Shown piece by piece: positions 50,842 to 64,000 of a DNA stretch of 64,000 bases. The stretch is from Tubulanus polymorphus. Taxonomy: Eukaryota > Animalia > Nemertea. The notes beneath the pieces were generated by a model that did not search any database, was not told the origin of the DNA, and saw only the letters and a program-made list of their open reading frames with translations. Within the stretch, counting starts at the first letter, position 1; the number at the start of each line of letters is the position of its first letter. The position numbers and the translations under genes were made by a program. The DNA is taken from NCBI RefSeq assembly GCF_964204645.1, contig NC_134026.1, forward strand, positions 22,106,150 through 22,170,149, given 5' to 3'.

Positions 50842-53494
50842 ATGAACAGACCGCAAACTTTAGGTGTCCTACCAAAGAACAATAGCGATACGGAACTGTT
50901 GAACCATAGTTTGGAGGTAAATGTCTTAGAGAAATTGCAGAATGGCACCGCAGCCGCATCAACAATAAAACCAGTTACTGATCGGGTGAATTTACCACGT
51001 CGCTATAACGAAATCCTCGCCGACGATCAGACTGCGACCGCCAATACCGATTTACCAGCAAGAAAAGATGATCTCAGCACCGCTATTTCCTGGCTTCGAC
51101 AGGAACTCGTAAGTACAATCTTCATTCGCGTATGAATTTATTCTGTTCTTGTCTCATTAATTAGTCTATTTTCAAATAATATGTCATCTCCATTTTCGAA
51201 CGAATATAATTCGCCATCGATATTATCATTTCAGCATTGAATTTTTTTCAATCAGTAAGATAACCCTCCAAATTTTATGGTATAAAAAGTAGGCGTTTCA
51301 TATTTCGGTTTTTCACCACGGGATGAAAATATGTTATGTATTTTGAGCCAACAGCCTGCTTGTTCTTAAACCCTTTTCTAGGGTATAACAACAGGCATTG
51401 GTAAGGGAATTTCACATTCATAGCGAGCTCAGAATACGTTTATTCGTGAGTCACATATATATATTCGTTGTTTCGAGAAAACTTTTACTTTTTGTTGTGA
51501 TTTATTTCTATATCCGCTTGGGAAAGAGACTTTTTATCGGCTGTATTTTTTCTTTAAAGCGCGAATACAATAATGAACATATTTAGTGGATATATTAGCT
51601 CATAATACGCGGCTTAAAAGTGTCCATAAAACCGGATCGGGTTTCGTTTTTGATAAATTACTATTTCATAATCTGAATGAGCCACCGAATTACTTTCACC
51701 GGTTCACCCAGGAAGATATGATAGCCTGAGGAAATCGTGCATTAAAACTCATTATTTTCTATAGACGAAAAAATCATAAGCTATAATGAGACATTAAGGC
51801 AGGCTTAAGGCATTAGCGTTCGTGGTGCGATGGGAAGAGTCAATTAAATATTGCCTCAAAATTCGATGTTGAACTCCAGCAATCCGAGGTTAATGGCTAC
51901 TTAATACACCGTTAATGCTTTCAAATTTATTGAGATTTCGCGAAGCATGCCAAATACACTCTTGTTGTTAACTCATTAATCCGCGTGTATCGTAAATTGG
52001 TTGTGAATAGACGCATTAAATAAACAATATTGTTTGATCCGCTCAATGCAGAAATTCGGAAAAAATCACGCATTAGGCTACAAGAAAATGACTCGAATTG
52101 ATACATGTAAATATACGCATGCTTGAACATGAAACCGGGATTTATATTAAAGATTCGGTTGGCATGCAAACCGGTAGTTCTCCAGCATATGCATACAAGA
52201 TATCATCACGTAAAAGCATCTTCAGTGCGAAAATGATTATATGACGATTATTACGTTTAGCATATTTCTCTGAAAGACATTTTTCAAAGGATTTTGATGA
52301 TCGGGGAAACATCGCGAATTCCTCCTATGGGAAATGGGAATGAAATGCTACGCGGGTTACATCACTACATTTACTAGTAGCAGTAAGCGAACTAATCAGA
52401 AATGATGAATTGCTATAGGGAAAAATTTCGATAAACTCATTTTCTCATTCAATCATGCCAGGTGAAAATTCTATCGGCCTGAATGAAACACGAAATCACT
52501 TTTATAAACGGCTCTCATAATCAAATCTTGTTTTAGATCGCGGCAGGGTACATTAGTTGCAGGCTGGATATTGCATTCATCGTTAATGTACTGACGACAT
52601 GAAATCCAATATCAGACTATATTTTTCGTTAATTTTGAGCGAGCGACAAAACGATTGTGGGACCGCGTGATTTTGCCTGGGCCTGGAGCTTCAGAACCAT
52701 AAAATAAATCATTATATTCTTCACCTATAATGCTATTAAAAGATGACGTCATGAAATTTGATACCGCGTGGCACGAAAGAAATTTATATCCTTTAATTAT
52801 GGACGTATAAACTAATTTATGCCCATGCTTAAATGAAGGCTTTCAATGCACATGGCAGGCACATGGTCATAAATACTTCTGTAAGGGATTTACCGTTGAG
52901 TTCACAAAGAGTGTAATTTTTCTGGTGGGATATTTTTCGAGGATTTTCTTGATAGATGCGTAGGATAAATCGCGAAGCTCTTGAACTTTCTGAGACCTGT
53001 GTAAGGTGTAGAACTTCCAAGATTACCCCGGAGATTTGACACCCAGGGTACGCGAGCTTTGAATGAAAGCTAATTAAGTGGTACAAGGACATCGAATCTA
53101 ATTTCAATCGAATGATTATTGATAGATAACTTTTTTACAGAGTATTCTAATTATTGTCTTGTTTATTTTTCAGCTTATGCTTAAACGACAAGACCAGCAT
53201 TTAATTCATCAGTTCGCATTCGTGGGCTCAGCTATCAAAGACATTAAAGAAAACCCGGCCTGGACAAATGACCCGTTAGGAATGAGTTGTCAGTCGTTAG
53301 ACTTTCTGTCCACGTCGAATGAGTGGTCCCCGGACAGCGAAATTTACATTACACCACCATCATCGTCACCAACTACACCGGTTAATGATAGAGACATTTT
53401 AGCTGATTTCCGAACTCACATTAAAAAGGAGTCAAATATACGTCGCACGCAGTCGGTATGGGTTAAACGAACTAACAAAGAGCAATATGTGTGA
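50842..53494 (+). CDS. Small coiled-coil protein, FAM167 (DUF3259)-like; exons 50842-51108 and 53174-53494 (~195 aa)
   Basis: The phase-0 splice gives STAISWLRQEL|LMLKRQDQHLIHQFAFVGSAIKDIK, resembling the FAM167 helix (A-x-x-W-L-R-x-E-L...QDQxL). Strong gtaagt donor and tttttcag acceptor. Confidence 0.65.
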
Positions 53495-54521
53495 CGACCC
53501 GGTTCTTGAGTGTGGTAATTTCTTATATCTGTCAATTTCATTGCAATAAATGTTGATTTTATGTTATTAATCTAAATTTCATCAGCCGTTAATTTTAATT
53601 CGGCCTTTTTCTTTGCTTTCTTTCGTCTGGAAATGAGGTCAAGGTCACGTGTCGGGTATTTAGAGATGGATTCGCCTTGCTTTTGAAGAAGCCATGATAC
53701 ATGCTTCCTTTACTCATATTCATCAGATATAAATGGAAGAGGAACTCGAGACTAAATAAAATAAAAATGTGCAACTTTATTATATAACATGATGTAAGTA
53801 GTAGATACTATCAAAAATACACGTATTTCTAATTGGTATGGAATTGATAAAAACATTCCATATTTTCATTTCATAAGGATTGACTAGTATCGACAATGAT
53901 GAAATGATTTCGATGCGGAATGCGTCGTTGCGTATAGAATTTAAGTTTTATCAATTTTTCTGTTTAAAGAATACCATGATTTTGTTAATTCAATACACAA
54001 TAGCGCGTGCACATCGTCAGATATTACATTTTAACGTAGACTTTGATTCCTGGGGAGAAGATAGTACAGGATAAATGATATCGTACGTGACAAACTTCGT
54101 GTTAATTATTGATTCTCGGTGCTAGACGGGTTTTTCTATGTTTCAAGATAACGCAACTTCCTGATAGAACGAGTTTTACCATCGAGAAGACAACAAGCTG
54201 TAGTTCAGTTTGTCGTAGACTTTTAATGATAGACATAGCTTACCGGGTGGGTTTGCGCGTCTTGATAGTTGACATCTAGAATTAAGAAAATGGTTACAGT
54301 AAATTGTGTTCGATTTTTGACATGATTAGCAAAGTTCTATATGATTTATCATAAGCACGATGGCTACTGTAGTAAAACAGCGAGCAGATTGCTAAGTCAA
54401 TTAGTTTAAAACTGGATAGATATAAACATTGACTAGGGTTCAATTTTTAAATTGTTAATAAAAGTTAACAAAACAACTCGTCGAATTCGTTTGACCAACA
54501 GTGACTTCTTTTAAAAAAGAA

Positions 54522-56529
54522 TCATTGGTAGTCAACCGGTTCAGCGCCTTCCAGAACGATTTCTTGATATGCGTTGGCAACTTGAGCAGCGGTTGGTCGC
54601 TTCTTCTGTTTAACTTTCAGGCATCGTTTCGTTTTTGCTAGGACTAAGCACAAATCTAATTCAACGCTAATCTCGGTGAGCATCATTCCCAGGGCGTACA
54701 TGTCACTGGTGCGATCGGCCGTGCCACCGTTGTAGATTTCTGGCGCGCATTGCGGGTACTTTTCAGCGAATTCGTCGCGGTATTCTTCGGGAATTGGGTG
54801 ATCGTAGATTCGCTGTCCTTCCGGGAACGACATGCCGAGGTCGACGATGCTAGGGATGAGCTGTCCTTCGACATCCTTGACCATGACGTTGTTCGCTTTG
54901 ACGTCGTTGATCACGATTCCTTTCTGGTGGAAAGCATCGATGCAGATGCAGATTCTGTAGAACAATTCGGCGTAGCAGTTATTATCATATTTCATTTCTT
55001 CGCCACGGCTTTGTCTGAATCGCTCTTCGGTGACGATGACATCGAGACTGATACCGCAGTTGCCCATCACGATCGCCCATTCGAAGAAGCCGCCCGCGCG
55101 TTCATCCTTATCGACTGCTACCAGACCGTACATGCGAGGCGTAGCCGGAGAACTCCTCATCAGATTTAGCATCGACGCTTCCTCCAGTATCGACTTCATG
55201 TTGGCGGTCTTCTTATGGAAGAACTTCACGGCGACCGATTTATCTTCGTACGTACCGCTGATTACTGTACCGAATTGGCCAGTTCCGAGTCGGTGGTGCT
55301 TCCCGTTTTCGTCAGCATCAAGTCGAAGGTTTGCCGTGTCGTCGAACACAAGACGATCCCAGTCGATCTGTTGGTTGATTTTCTCGTCATTCCACAATCG
55401 TTTGGCGATGTCGAGAGCTCCGTCGCGAACAGGCTGCTTTATTGGACTCGGTAGGAATATCGGTATAAGGATTTCATCTGGCTTTGGTTCGTCGGTCAGC
55501 TGCTTGTGGCTGTTCGCTGCTAGCGCGTTCAAATCGAGGCGGACGGCGTTTTTCGTGTCGTTTTGACTGTGAGAGCTACGAACATCTCTGAAGTCGTCGG
55601 TGCGACCCATATTGTTTGCGGGAAGCGACAGAAAACGACGCTGAAAATTAGCGATATCGTAGAAACTCGGAAAACGCCGAGCTGCTGGGCTCTACAAAAA
55701 GAAAGGAAATTGGGCGATTTGGCAGGTATTTAGAAATAAAAAAGCATATTTAAAAAAGATAAGTTCGAGAATCTACTTACTGGAATCGGGGATGTTGTGT
55801 TCGTCTCCAACCGACCCAGCAGATTATCAACTGATTTGTTTAATGGCAAAACGCCATTGCCCACTTTTTTCTCAGCTGATAATTTCTCTGTGATTTGGTT
55901 CTTAGCATTAGGTTTTTCTAAAATAAAAAATAAAGAAATTACCAACAATATCCGTACCAAACTCACTTGACACAGCACGTAGATCTTAGTTGTTTAATAT
56001 CTGTGAAAAATTATATTTTCAATTTTCATTTTGACACAGGTCCAGAAGCTTATATAGGCCTACTTACTGAAACGATTCGTAATTTTCTTTCGTGATTTCT
56101 TGTTCGTTCCTTCGTTATTATTCTTTTGCTTTGGAACCTTAAAGATGTGAGAAAAAAAACAAACACATTAAAGAAATTTGATTAAGAATCTGAAAATTGA
56201 CAAATTCGTTCCAAACGAGCCACACGTGAGTGATTGAATTGATTAATTGACGGTTTTGTGGCATTGCGTATGTACATTCAAATTCTTTTTCAGAATAAAG
56301 TTTGGAAAGAATATATACTATGAGCATGTACACTCGCATCTATCCTCTTGATGAACAACTAAAAATATATAGGCCTACAGGACGGTCTCACCTTTTTTTT
56401 CTCAGACTTCAACTTCGTCCTCGGTTTATCGTCGTTATATTTTCCGGAGTATCGATGCACTTGTGTTTCAATGCCAGAACACCCTAAAACAATGCCCCGA
56501 AGACAGGACGACACGAAATCAAGAGCCAT
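54522..56529 (-). CDS. Divergent Ser/Thr-type protein kinase, 487 aa; exons 56529-56392, 56137-56068, 55917-55781, 55640-54522
   Basis: All three introns are GT-AG with matching phases (0, 1, 0) and a continuous ORF. Kinase motifs: GTGQFG, VAVK, alphaC-Glu (ILEE), INDVKANN, DLG, CAPE, DMYALG, KRP. Confidence 0.85.
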
Positions 56530-57160
56530 TTGACACTTTTTCTTCGCAAATTTTAGATTTTTTGAAGAGCAAAATTGAACGCAGCTTTCCTCATGAAGAG
56601 TAAGATTTGTTTTAATTTTTTGCTAGGTTACGTTCCTAGGCAACTCAAAAAACGTTCATCCTGTGCATGAATGACAAAATAGCCTAAAAACGGTCACCCT
56701 CAACGGAATGACTGCGGTACCCCCACATCACTGCTTTAGGCTTTAAGGTTAATGAAGTGAGAATTACTTGACCATGGCTTGGAGTTCACGTGAAGGAAAG
56801 TGCACTTTTTTCGTTCGATTCGACGAGCCATTTCGAACATTTTGCGCAGAAAATTACTTGCCTTTATCTTGGGGTGCGCTTACGGTGAAAATATTATAAC
56901 TGGCAGTAACTTCACGAAATACATGTACTTAAGAGATGTCATCGTTCTCTTAACCACGAAAATTTCGTCTCTGGTAATGATCTTGGAATGGTGGGAGTCC
57001 GGCGCATTTCAAGACCGGAGCAGTCCACTGTGCCGAAACCGGATTTTATGAAGAACTGGTAACGACAATACTCAACTGATGATAGTGGAGACTTCTTTCG
57101 ACCGCTCGATATTTGGATGGAATTTCGGTGAAATTCTTATCGAAACGGGTCCGATAAATA

Positions 57161-57181
57161 CGGCGAAAAGATTGTTTTGAA
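57161..57181 (+). promoter_or_regulatory. E2F/CDE-like plus CHR element upstream of KNTC1
   Basis: cggcgaaaa followed by TTTGAA (57176-57181), about 50 nt before the ATG. Confidence 0.35.
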
Positions 57182-57229
57182 TCAAAAACTATACATATTG
57201 TTGCATTTAATGAACACAAAGTGTCGAAA

Positions 57230-60200
57230 ATGGTTTGGGATAAAATAGTGATGAACTTTGGCAATGACGAGACGGTGAACTTCGGACCGCGTCAAGAAAC
57301 TGGTTCATATTTATACCAAGTTGATACCCTGGTCACTATATCCACAGATGAAAAGGTAGCTAGTATTGAAATCTGAAAAAGCCAAACTGTCATGATTTAT
57401 TGTGAAAACTGATAGGCCTATGGTGCGATTCAAGAATAGGGGACTATAGCAATATATATGTAGTGATAGTAATCAATTAAGTAATAATATTAGGAATTGA
57501 TAATGATGATATATAATGATAGTAATGTATATAGTAATTAATGATGATTAGGGAATCTTACCCTGATATTGACTGTTACCAGCCGCACTTTTGAATATTT
57601 TGCAAATTTTATGTCCTAGCTACTCTAGGCCAGGGCGGGGCCTTTCAAAATAGAATTGGCCTCTTCCAATGAAACCCTACCCACCATCCTCTACCCACCC
57701 GTTCTATCTCTTCTCATCCTTTGAAATCTTATTTAAGGTGCAGTCAAATCCAACTGTGTATGGTCATGCTTGCGGAGATGTCACTGCAGTTGCAGTCGGC
57801 TCACAAGTGTCTGTTTTTTCTGATATATGTCATAAGTTTTTGCTGACTTTAAACTTTGGTAAGTGTCCATTTATCATTATAAAGCGAATGATTTTCCTAG
57901 GACTTCGTAGCAATAACAACAAAGTTCTCAGAAATTGAGTTCGGATAGTAGATTTATCCTACAGTACGCTCTGGACCTCACTGTGTGGTAGGATTAACCA
58001 TTAAACTGTAATCAAAAGAGTTTCGTTGAAATGATTTCTCTCTTCAGATTCTGCAGTTGATGTTGTATGTTTCACGGATGATATGATATTTCTTGTCATC
58101 GCCGAAAGTAATGGCTGCATTCACATCATGGATGTCGCGTTGCAAAAAGTGTTCATGTCGAAGGTTAGTGATTAAGTGTGCACTATTACCGTTTCATTGA
58201 AGTCGATCAAATAAAAACAAAGTACAATTGACCTTGGATTAGAAAAAACAAGGCCTAATCAGTAAAAGTGGTTGTGGTCGTATGAAGCTGATATAAATCC
58301 CCTGCGGCCAATTCTATTGACTGGTGTTAACTTAAACCAGGGGCAATCGAAAGTTAGCCCACAGGTTAAATTTAATAATGTTTTATTAAACTGGACCTTA
58401 CGTTTTGTTTCAAGCAATTGTTGATGACCGAAGATCTCGTTGGTAAAACAGCTTTCAACGCGATATACTTCAATCCAATAGATAAGGAAGAAGGTGGGTA
58501 GATTTTTAGAAAAAGGCCTATACATCATATATATTTGATCTAATACACTCTAACTTGTGTAACATTACAAGTGATATATGATCATCTACGGCAGACAAAT
58601 TTGAGAAGTCTGTTTTTTCTCCATTCAAAATGCCTTATAAAATCTGTTGTAATTTGTTGTAATTAAAATGCCTTATAAAATCTGTTGTAATTTGTCATAA
58701 ATGCCTCAGTCACACTAGAATTTGATGTCCTGATTTCCTTTTTCCCAAACAAAATGTTACTGCCTTAAATTGCGGGCCCATTTTCTGGTTGTCAAAAGTG
58801 AAATTTTGATTTAAAAAGGATAATAACTCTACAGCCCATTGATGTCTTAGCTGGTCTACATTTTAATTGTAAAGTTCTGTCTCATTTATAACTCAAGTTG
58901 TAGGAATTTGTTACGTTCCAAGGACAGGCGAGTTTGAGTGATATAAACAGGTATTTCAATTCATAGATCTTTTCATTTAGGGGCCTGCGATCTATTGATT
59001 TTAGCGAACACTGGTAAACTTTTTCAAATGTCTCGCATACAAACTGGAACAATTCATGATGGTACGTTTGATAATAAATCGAAGCGTTAATGGATGTTTT
59101 TGTTATATTTTGTTTATCGCTTTCTCTGTATTTCTTGTTGGCATTGCAGCATTACAGGTGCAAGATTTTGAAAAGCTCAATTCGTTACAGCAAACTATGA
59201 CAGTCTCAGTGATGGATGCATCGCGGTACCAATCAGATAAGTGTTGTTGCGTGACACGGTCAGATTTTGGTATTGTTACTGGGGTAAGATTTTGGCAGAA
59301 TTCCTGATTAAAATGGTAATATATACTGTTGTCGGGTTACTTTTGTTCGCACTTTGTCACCAAGGTCCATTTCAGATTTTGAAAAAGAAATATCCATCTA
59401 TGGTTTATTGAAATTCCAAATTTTTCAGGGTTTTGGAAATGATCCGTTGACGTTTTGGTCGTCTTCACATCACAAAGCAATCTCATCGGTCTATAACTCG
59501 AACTCGCAGGGTAAGTAGAATTCGTGTTAACCTTGAAATTCATTACTTTGCTTCATAGAAATCCTGTTTATCACGTTAACTGATTGCATTTTAGATGGTG
59601 TGAAAAAGTGTTTGTTCAGTCACGATGGATTGCATATGTTTATTCTTGATCAGGAAGTTAGTAAATATAAAAATTTAATTTATACCAGTAGTTAAATCCT
59701 AAAAATACATCTATAGAAAGATTTTTTTGACCTGTACAGTTTTATCCTAAGTAAAGTCCAAAAAAAGGAAGAACAAAAATAGTAACAATAGTTTGACTTA
59801 AATCTGCTATGATATTGCAGATAATTTACTTGCCACATAATCATTGTTTTTAGGGTTATCTTTCTGTATGGGATCCTTTTCTGATGTGTTACGTCGAGCA
59901 ATGGAGGTCTGTTAAATATCGCGATATTCTTTTCCTCGAAGAAGCACAAGATATTCGCAGGTACAATTCCAATTTTCAATCTTCGAAACTTTTCATCACA
60001 CCGTGTACTAGCACTGCATGTTGGATTGGTAACGACCATCAAAAAGTGATGACAAACTTACAGTTTCAGAGATCTGAAGATTGTTGGACTGACCGATGCC
60101 ATCGATGATGAATGCATTCTGGAAGTTCGTGAACTAGAAAATTTTGAATTGATTTATTCATTGCATTTATCAGCTTTCACAACTCTCGTATCATGTCCAT

Positions 60201-63200
60201 CGGATCAGGTGAGGCTTTGTTGATTTATGGCTTAGAGGGACAATCCAGGTCTGAAGAGTTTCAAGCATCTAACTTCATAAAGTTTAAAATCAGTTTATTT
60301 CCACTCATCTTTCGAAAACTTTGTACAACATATATCTATGAAACCAGCTCCAGTAAGCTGTTGGTTTTGTTACTTTTGTAGGAGAGCGTTCTGGTTGTTG
60401 AAGGGGTTTACGATGAAAATGAAAATGTTGTCGCTGAGCTGCGCATTCGTTCTATCACAGAAGCACAACCAGAAACTAGGTATCTATCAAAACAAATACA
60501 CGTATAATCAATGGATCGATTCTAGGACAATTGCCCCCCGAATAAAATCCTTTTTGATTTGGATTAACACCACCTAAATACTTTACTTAGAAATTCATTT
60601 GTATATTATTGAATATAGATTTATAAGATATAGAATTACTGATGTTGTGTGCAGATCAAAAACTTTAAATCAGTCCTTGTGTAATTATAATTCACTTACC
60701 AAATTAAAGAAAATTTAATAAGTCCACTTATTAGTGCATTAGTTAACGTTGGCTGATTTATTGGAATTAGTTTTATTAGTGTTACTTTAGCCAATCAAAA
60801 ACTTTAAAGCAGTCCTAGAGTAATTAGCTAGAATTAGTTCAATTTGAAGTAAATATCTGTGTTACTTTAAGATTAAAAAGATTTAATTTGGGGGGGGGGG
60901 GGGCAATTGTCCTGATACCCAATGGATCTCATTTTCTAGTATTGAGTACCTGAAATACGAACAACAATTAGAAAATCGTCAAGAAATAGCCTTAGTCTAG
61001 CTTTCAATTGATCCTCTCATTTATGTGTGTTATAGATTGTATCGTCTGCTACACAAGGAGAAATTTGATGAAGCGATCGAATTTGCTAAGTTATTCGAAC
61101 TAGATGTCGAGGTAGTTAGAATTCTTGTGTCTCTTTTCAATTGAAACTTGTTCCTTAATTTCTAAACCCTCTGTTGTCGTTACATTTCCTAGAATTTTTC
61201 AGGAAATTTCCTTTCACCAAGCAGAGCAGACAAATTTTCTGGATTTAGCAATGATTAACATAACTCTCATATATGTGTAAGACATAGAATATATACCTTG
61301 CCAATTTTTGGGACATTATCTTATAATTTCTTGCAGCTGGTTTATAAAACGAAGGCTAGTTATCTGCTGAATGTGTTATCTCCGTGGAACACTATATCAG
61401 ATGAAAAAGCTAATGAATGTTCAGTAAAATTGAGAGAATGCCTTGAAATTATTCAGGTAAGTGTCATAGATTCTCCCTTGCTCATTTGATTTGTTACAGT
61501 AATAAATACTCGGTATAACTGAAAAATTTCAACATTTAGCTAAATACTGAGTTCTTGATACTGCTCTGGATGAAAAAGCAAAAACTGTTTGCTGCAGCTT
61601 TCAATCAGCGTTCTCTTGTTAGGAGTTTTTGATTTGATATTAATTCTTCTGTTAGGATGAAGCTAGTATTGTTGATCATTGCGTAAATGCTGCACTTCCA
61701 AGTTTTGAGGCTACGATGGATTTATTGATGTATGCGAAGTCAAGGGTAGGTTTTCTATATAGCCCAGTCGACACTTTCGTACGATATGTAGCTATACATC
61801 ATCTAGGGTGTTTCAGGTGCAAGATTCAAAAGACATTGACCCCTATGAGAGAGAAAAGTTAATGGTGCGACTATTTGAAGCGCTCAATAGGCTGTGGACA
61901 TTCCATTTAGCATTTGGCGCTCAGGCTTTCACGTGAGTTCCATCTAAGAACAAAGAAATATTCAATTTAGATTGTTTTCGATGAAAAAATATTTCATCAT
62001 AAAAGGTGGCATAATGATGTGGTATTAAGAAATAGAAAAAATGTCTTCATTTTGACAGTGGACAGGTTTGGGATAGCTTCCTCAATGAGAATTTACTAAA
62101 GTGCATTGGTACAGAGTTAAAGAAAGAGAATGTTTATGCTGCTTTAACCATCTGGAAACGGCATCAGGTATTTCGAAAAAGAATGTAGAAATTTCTGTAA
62201 AAAGTCCTACAATTGAGAATTCATATCTATGTTTAGGTTCATTTCTCACAATGCTCAGGACATTAAGACTTATTAACAACACATGTTGTGGTACCAATAA
62301 TTTTCGTCACAAATGAATGCAGTCCCAAAATTTTGATTCAAAACTCTTTGTTTGTGTTTGGTGCAGGCTGCATCCATCATCAAGTAACCGTGAATTCTTT
62401 GCATTGGTTTACCCATGTTCTTCATGTTCTTCATTTAGGGCGAATTCAAATCGCATTTGAATCCAGCGATCATCAAAGAAATCATGGTGCTCATACCGAG
62501 CGAAATTCAAGGCTCTGATATACAAACATGGTTGGAAGAAGATCTGATTCCTATGGTTATGTGCAATTGGCCGGATGTACTGCCGACTATAGCTGAATTC
62601 ATTGAACAAAAGACTAGACGGATGGAGAACATGGTATTTTTCTACAAATTAATTCTTAACTCTAAACCTTGTCTCTGTATTACGGTTGACCTGATTTTGT
62701 ACTTGTTTATGATTGAAAGGAAAATTGGCCGCAAAGTGGAATTACATTTGCCGGTTGCTATAATTGTGGCTGTGCAATAGCAGCAGAGAACGGAGCCATC
62801 TGGGAACCAGTGGATCTGAACACTCAGGTACGAATATATACAACATCAAAAACGCTTCATAATTTGATGGTTTATTCTACTGAATATTAGATTCTGTTTT
62901 TGCGTTCTTTTTAGATACAAACAGCTACGCATAAGTCTATTGCCAACTTGCAGATACTAATAAACGACTTGAACAAGATTCGTGAATTGGACTCGAAATA
63001 CGGTTGTAAACTGACGCTGGCTCAATATTCTGCAGTAGGTTAATTTTGCGTCAAAATTCATTCAATAAATTTTCCTCGGTCGAATTCTTCGTAGAAACAT
63101 CAAATTTGGGGGAAATGTTCTCGTTACAGGAAACAGTCGAGTCATTGGCTTACCGTATGCTGCAAGTGCACAGTCATGGAGAAATCAAATCGAAAATCGA

Positions 63201-64000
63201 GACCGTGATCAAACCGTACGCTATAGAATATAAATTACCACTGAGCAAATTGCTTTACAATACTGTATTGGTGCGTTCATTACCAACTTGATAATTTCGA
63301 TCATATTCAGACGCTGAGCTAGGTTCATAATGTTTTTTACATCTTTGTTTTTGCAGGATAGTTTGAAAATGAGGAAATCTCGACATATCGGTGGTCAGTC
63401 GGTTTTAAGCAGACGGGCTTTGGCCATAATAGAATGCATCGAAAATACCGAGGTACAAATCCATTTTCATAGAAATGTCATAATCAATGAAGTATCAATG
63501 AAATTGAATATTCCTGTTAAATGTTGAACACATATAAATCATTTATGAGGTTGATATCTTCTAGTACAAATGTTTGGCCATTCTCGAGGTAATGAAGTTG
63601 GCGGCCATGCCATGGGACCCCGATATCGATAGACTCATCACGCTTGGATTGTCTCTAGCTCATCCGAAGTAAGTCATAGACCACCACTGTTTTCACATGG
63701 TATTTGCCGGTACCCCAAAAACTGTTCGTTATATATTTGTTATATATATATATTCATATATATATATATATATATATATTCCTAGATTTTACAATACATT
63801 GGTTTTTATTTTTCAGGGTTGAAGATATAAGGCGACAATGTCAGTTCGCAGAGTTGAAATTGCTTTTGAGAAAGTACGAAGTCAGTGAGGAAATTTATTC
63901 CGACTCTGCAGCTGAGGTATTTTTTAATCACCGAAAATGTTCATCTTTTGAGTGATGCAAATTGTCATATATATTTGTTTTTAGCCCACTTGGGACTTTA
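57230..64000 (+). CDS. KNTC1: Kinetochore-associated protein 1 (Rough deal/Rod, RZZ complex), 5' part; continues beyond window
   Basis: MVWDKIVMNFGNDETVNFGPRQETGSYLYQVDTLVTIST, LRIRSITEAQPETRLYRLLHKEKFDEAIEFAKLFELDVELVYK, ENWPQSG, SKYGCKLTLAQYS.ETVESLAYRML. These match Rod/KNTC1 motifs. Confidence 0.92.
58627..58695. repeat. Tandem duplication with 38-bp period in a KNTC1 intron
   Basis: aaaatgccttataaaatctgttgtaatttgt at 58627 and 58665. Confidence 0.85.
60518..60919. mobile_element. 402-bp MULE/Mutator-like MITE in a KNTC1 intron
   Basis: TIR core AGGACAATTGCCCCCC / GGGGGGCAATTGTCCT, G...C termini, 9-bp TSD caatggatc (60509-60517, 60920-60928). An internal ~33-bp direct repeat atcaaaaactttaaa.cagtcct.g.gtaatta occurs twice. 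Confidence 0.85.
63741..63779. repeat. Interrupted (TA)n microsatellite
   Basis: TA runs read directly. Confidence 0.9.

Noticed and set aside
54522-55610. Kinase as a horizontally transferred or viral intronless gene
   Set aside because: It has three upstream spliceosomal introns, and its high GC matches other long host exons, so composition gives no HGT support.
58903-58935. Possible small KNTC1 exon ending in a GC donor (cag|gcgagt)
   Set aside because: The exon ending at ~58493 (...DKEEG) splices in phase directly to 58981 (GACDLLIL), matching the expected protein without it.

Overview
Gene-dense, AT-rich, intron-rich metazoan (invertebrate-like) genomic DNA; no prokaryotic features. 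Twelve protein-coding loci were reconstructed by hand from GT-AG splice sites. In order they are: the 3' end of an RZ-family RGS (+), IFT52 (+), FAF1 (-) hosting an intronless class A GPCR (+) in one intron, SETD1/Set1 (+), OXSM (-), HFM1/MER3 (+), FDX2 (+), UBE2U (-), a FAM167-like coiled-coil gene (+), a divergent 4-exon protein kinase (-), and the 5' part of KNTC1/Rod (+). The introns hold many small mobile elements. The most notable is an 848-bp DNA transposon (TAG...CTA ends, 9-bp TSDs, AcademH/MULE-like) inserted into a near-identical copy of itself in inverted orientation in IFT52 intron 1. Others include an intact Penelope-type minimal hammerhead ribozyme in sense orientation in an OXSM intron, an inverted pair of decayed hammerheads in a FAF1 intron, P-like, MULE-like, pogo-like and hAT-like MITEs, and a tRNA-derived SINE. 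HFM1 has a candidate U12-type intron. Gene names come from recognised protein motifs, not database searches.
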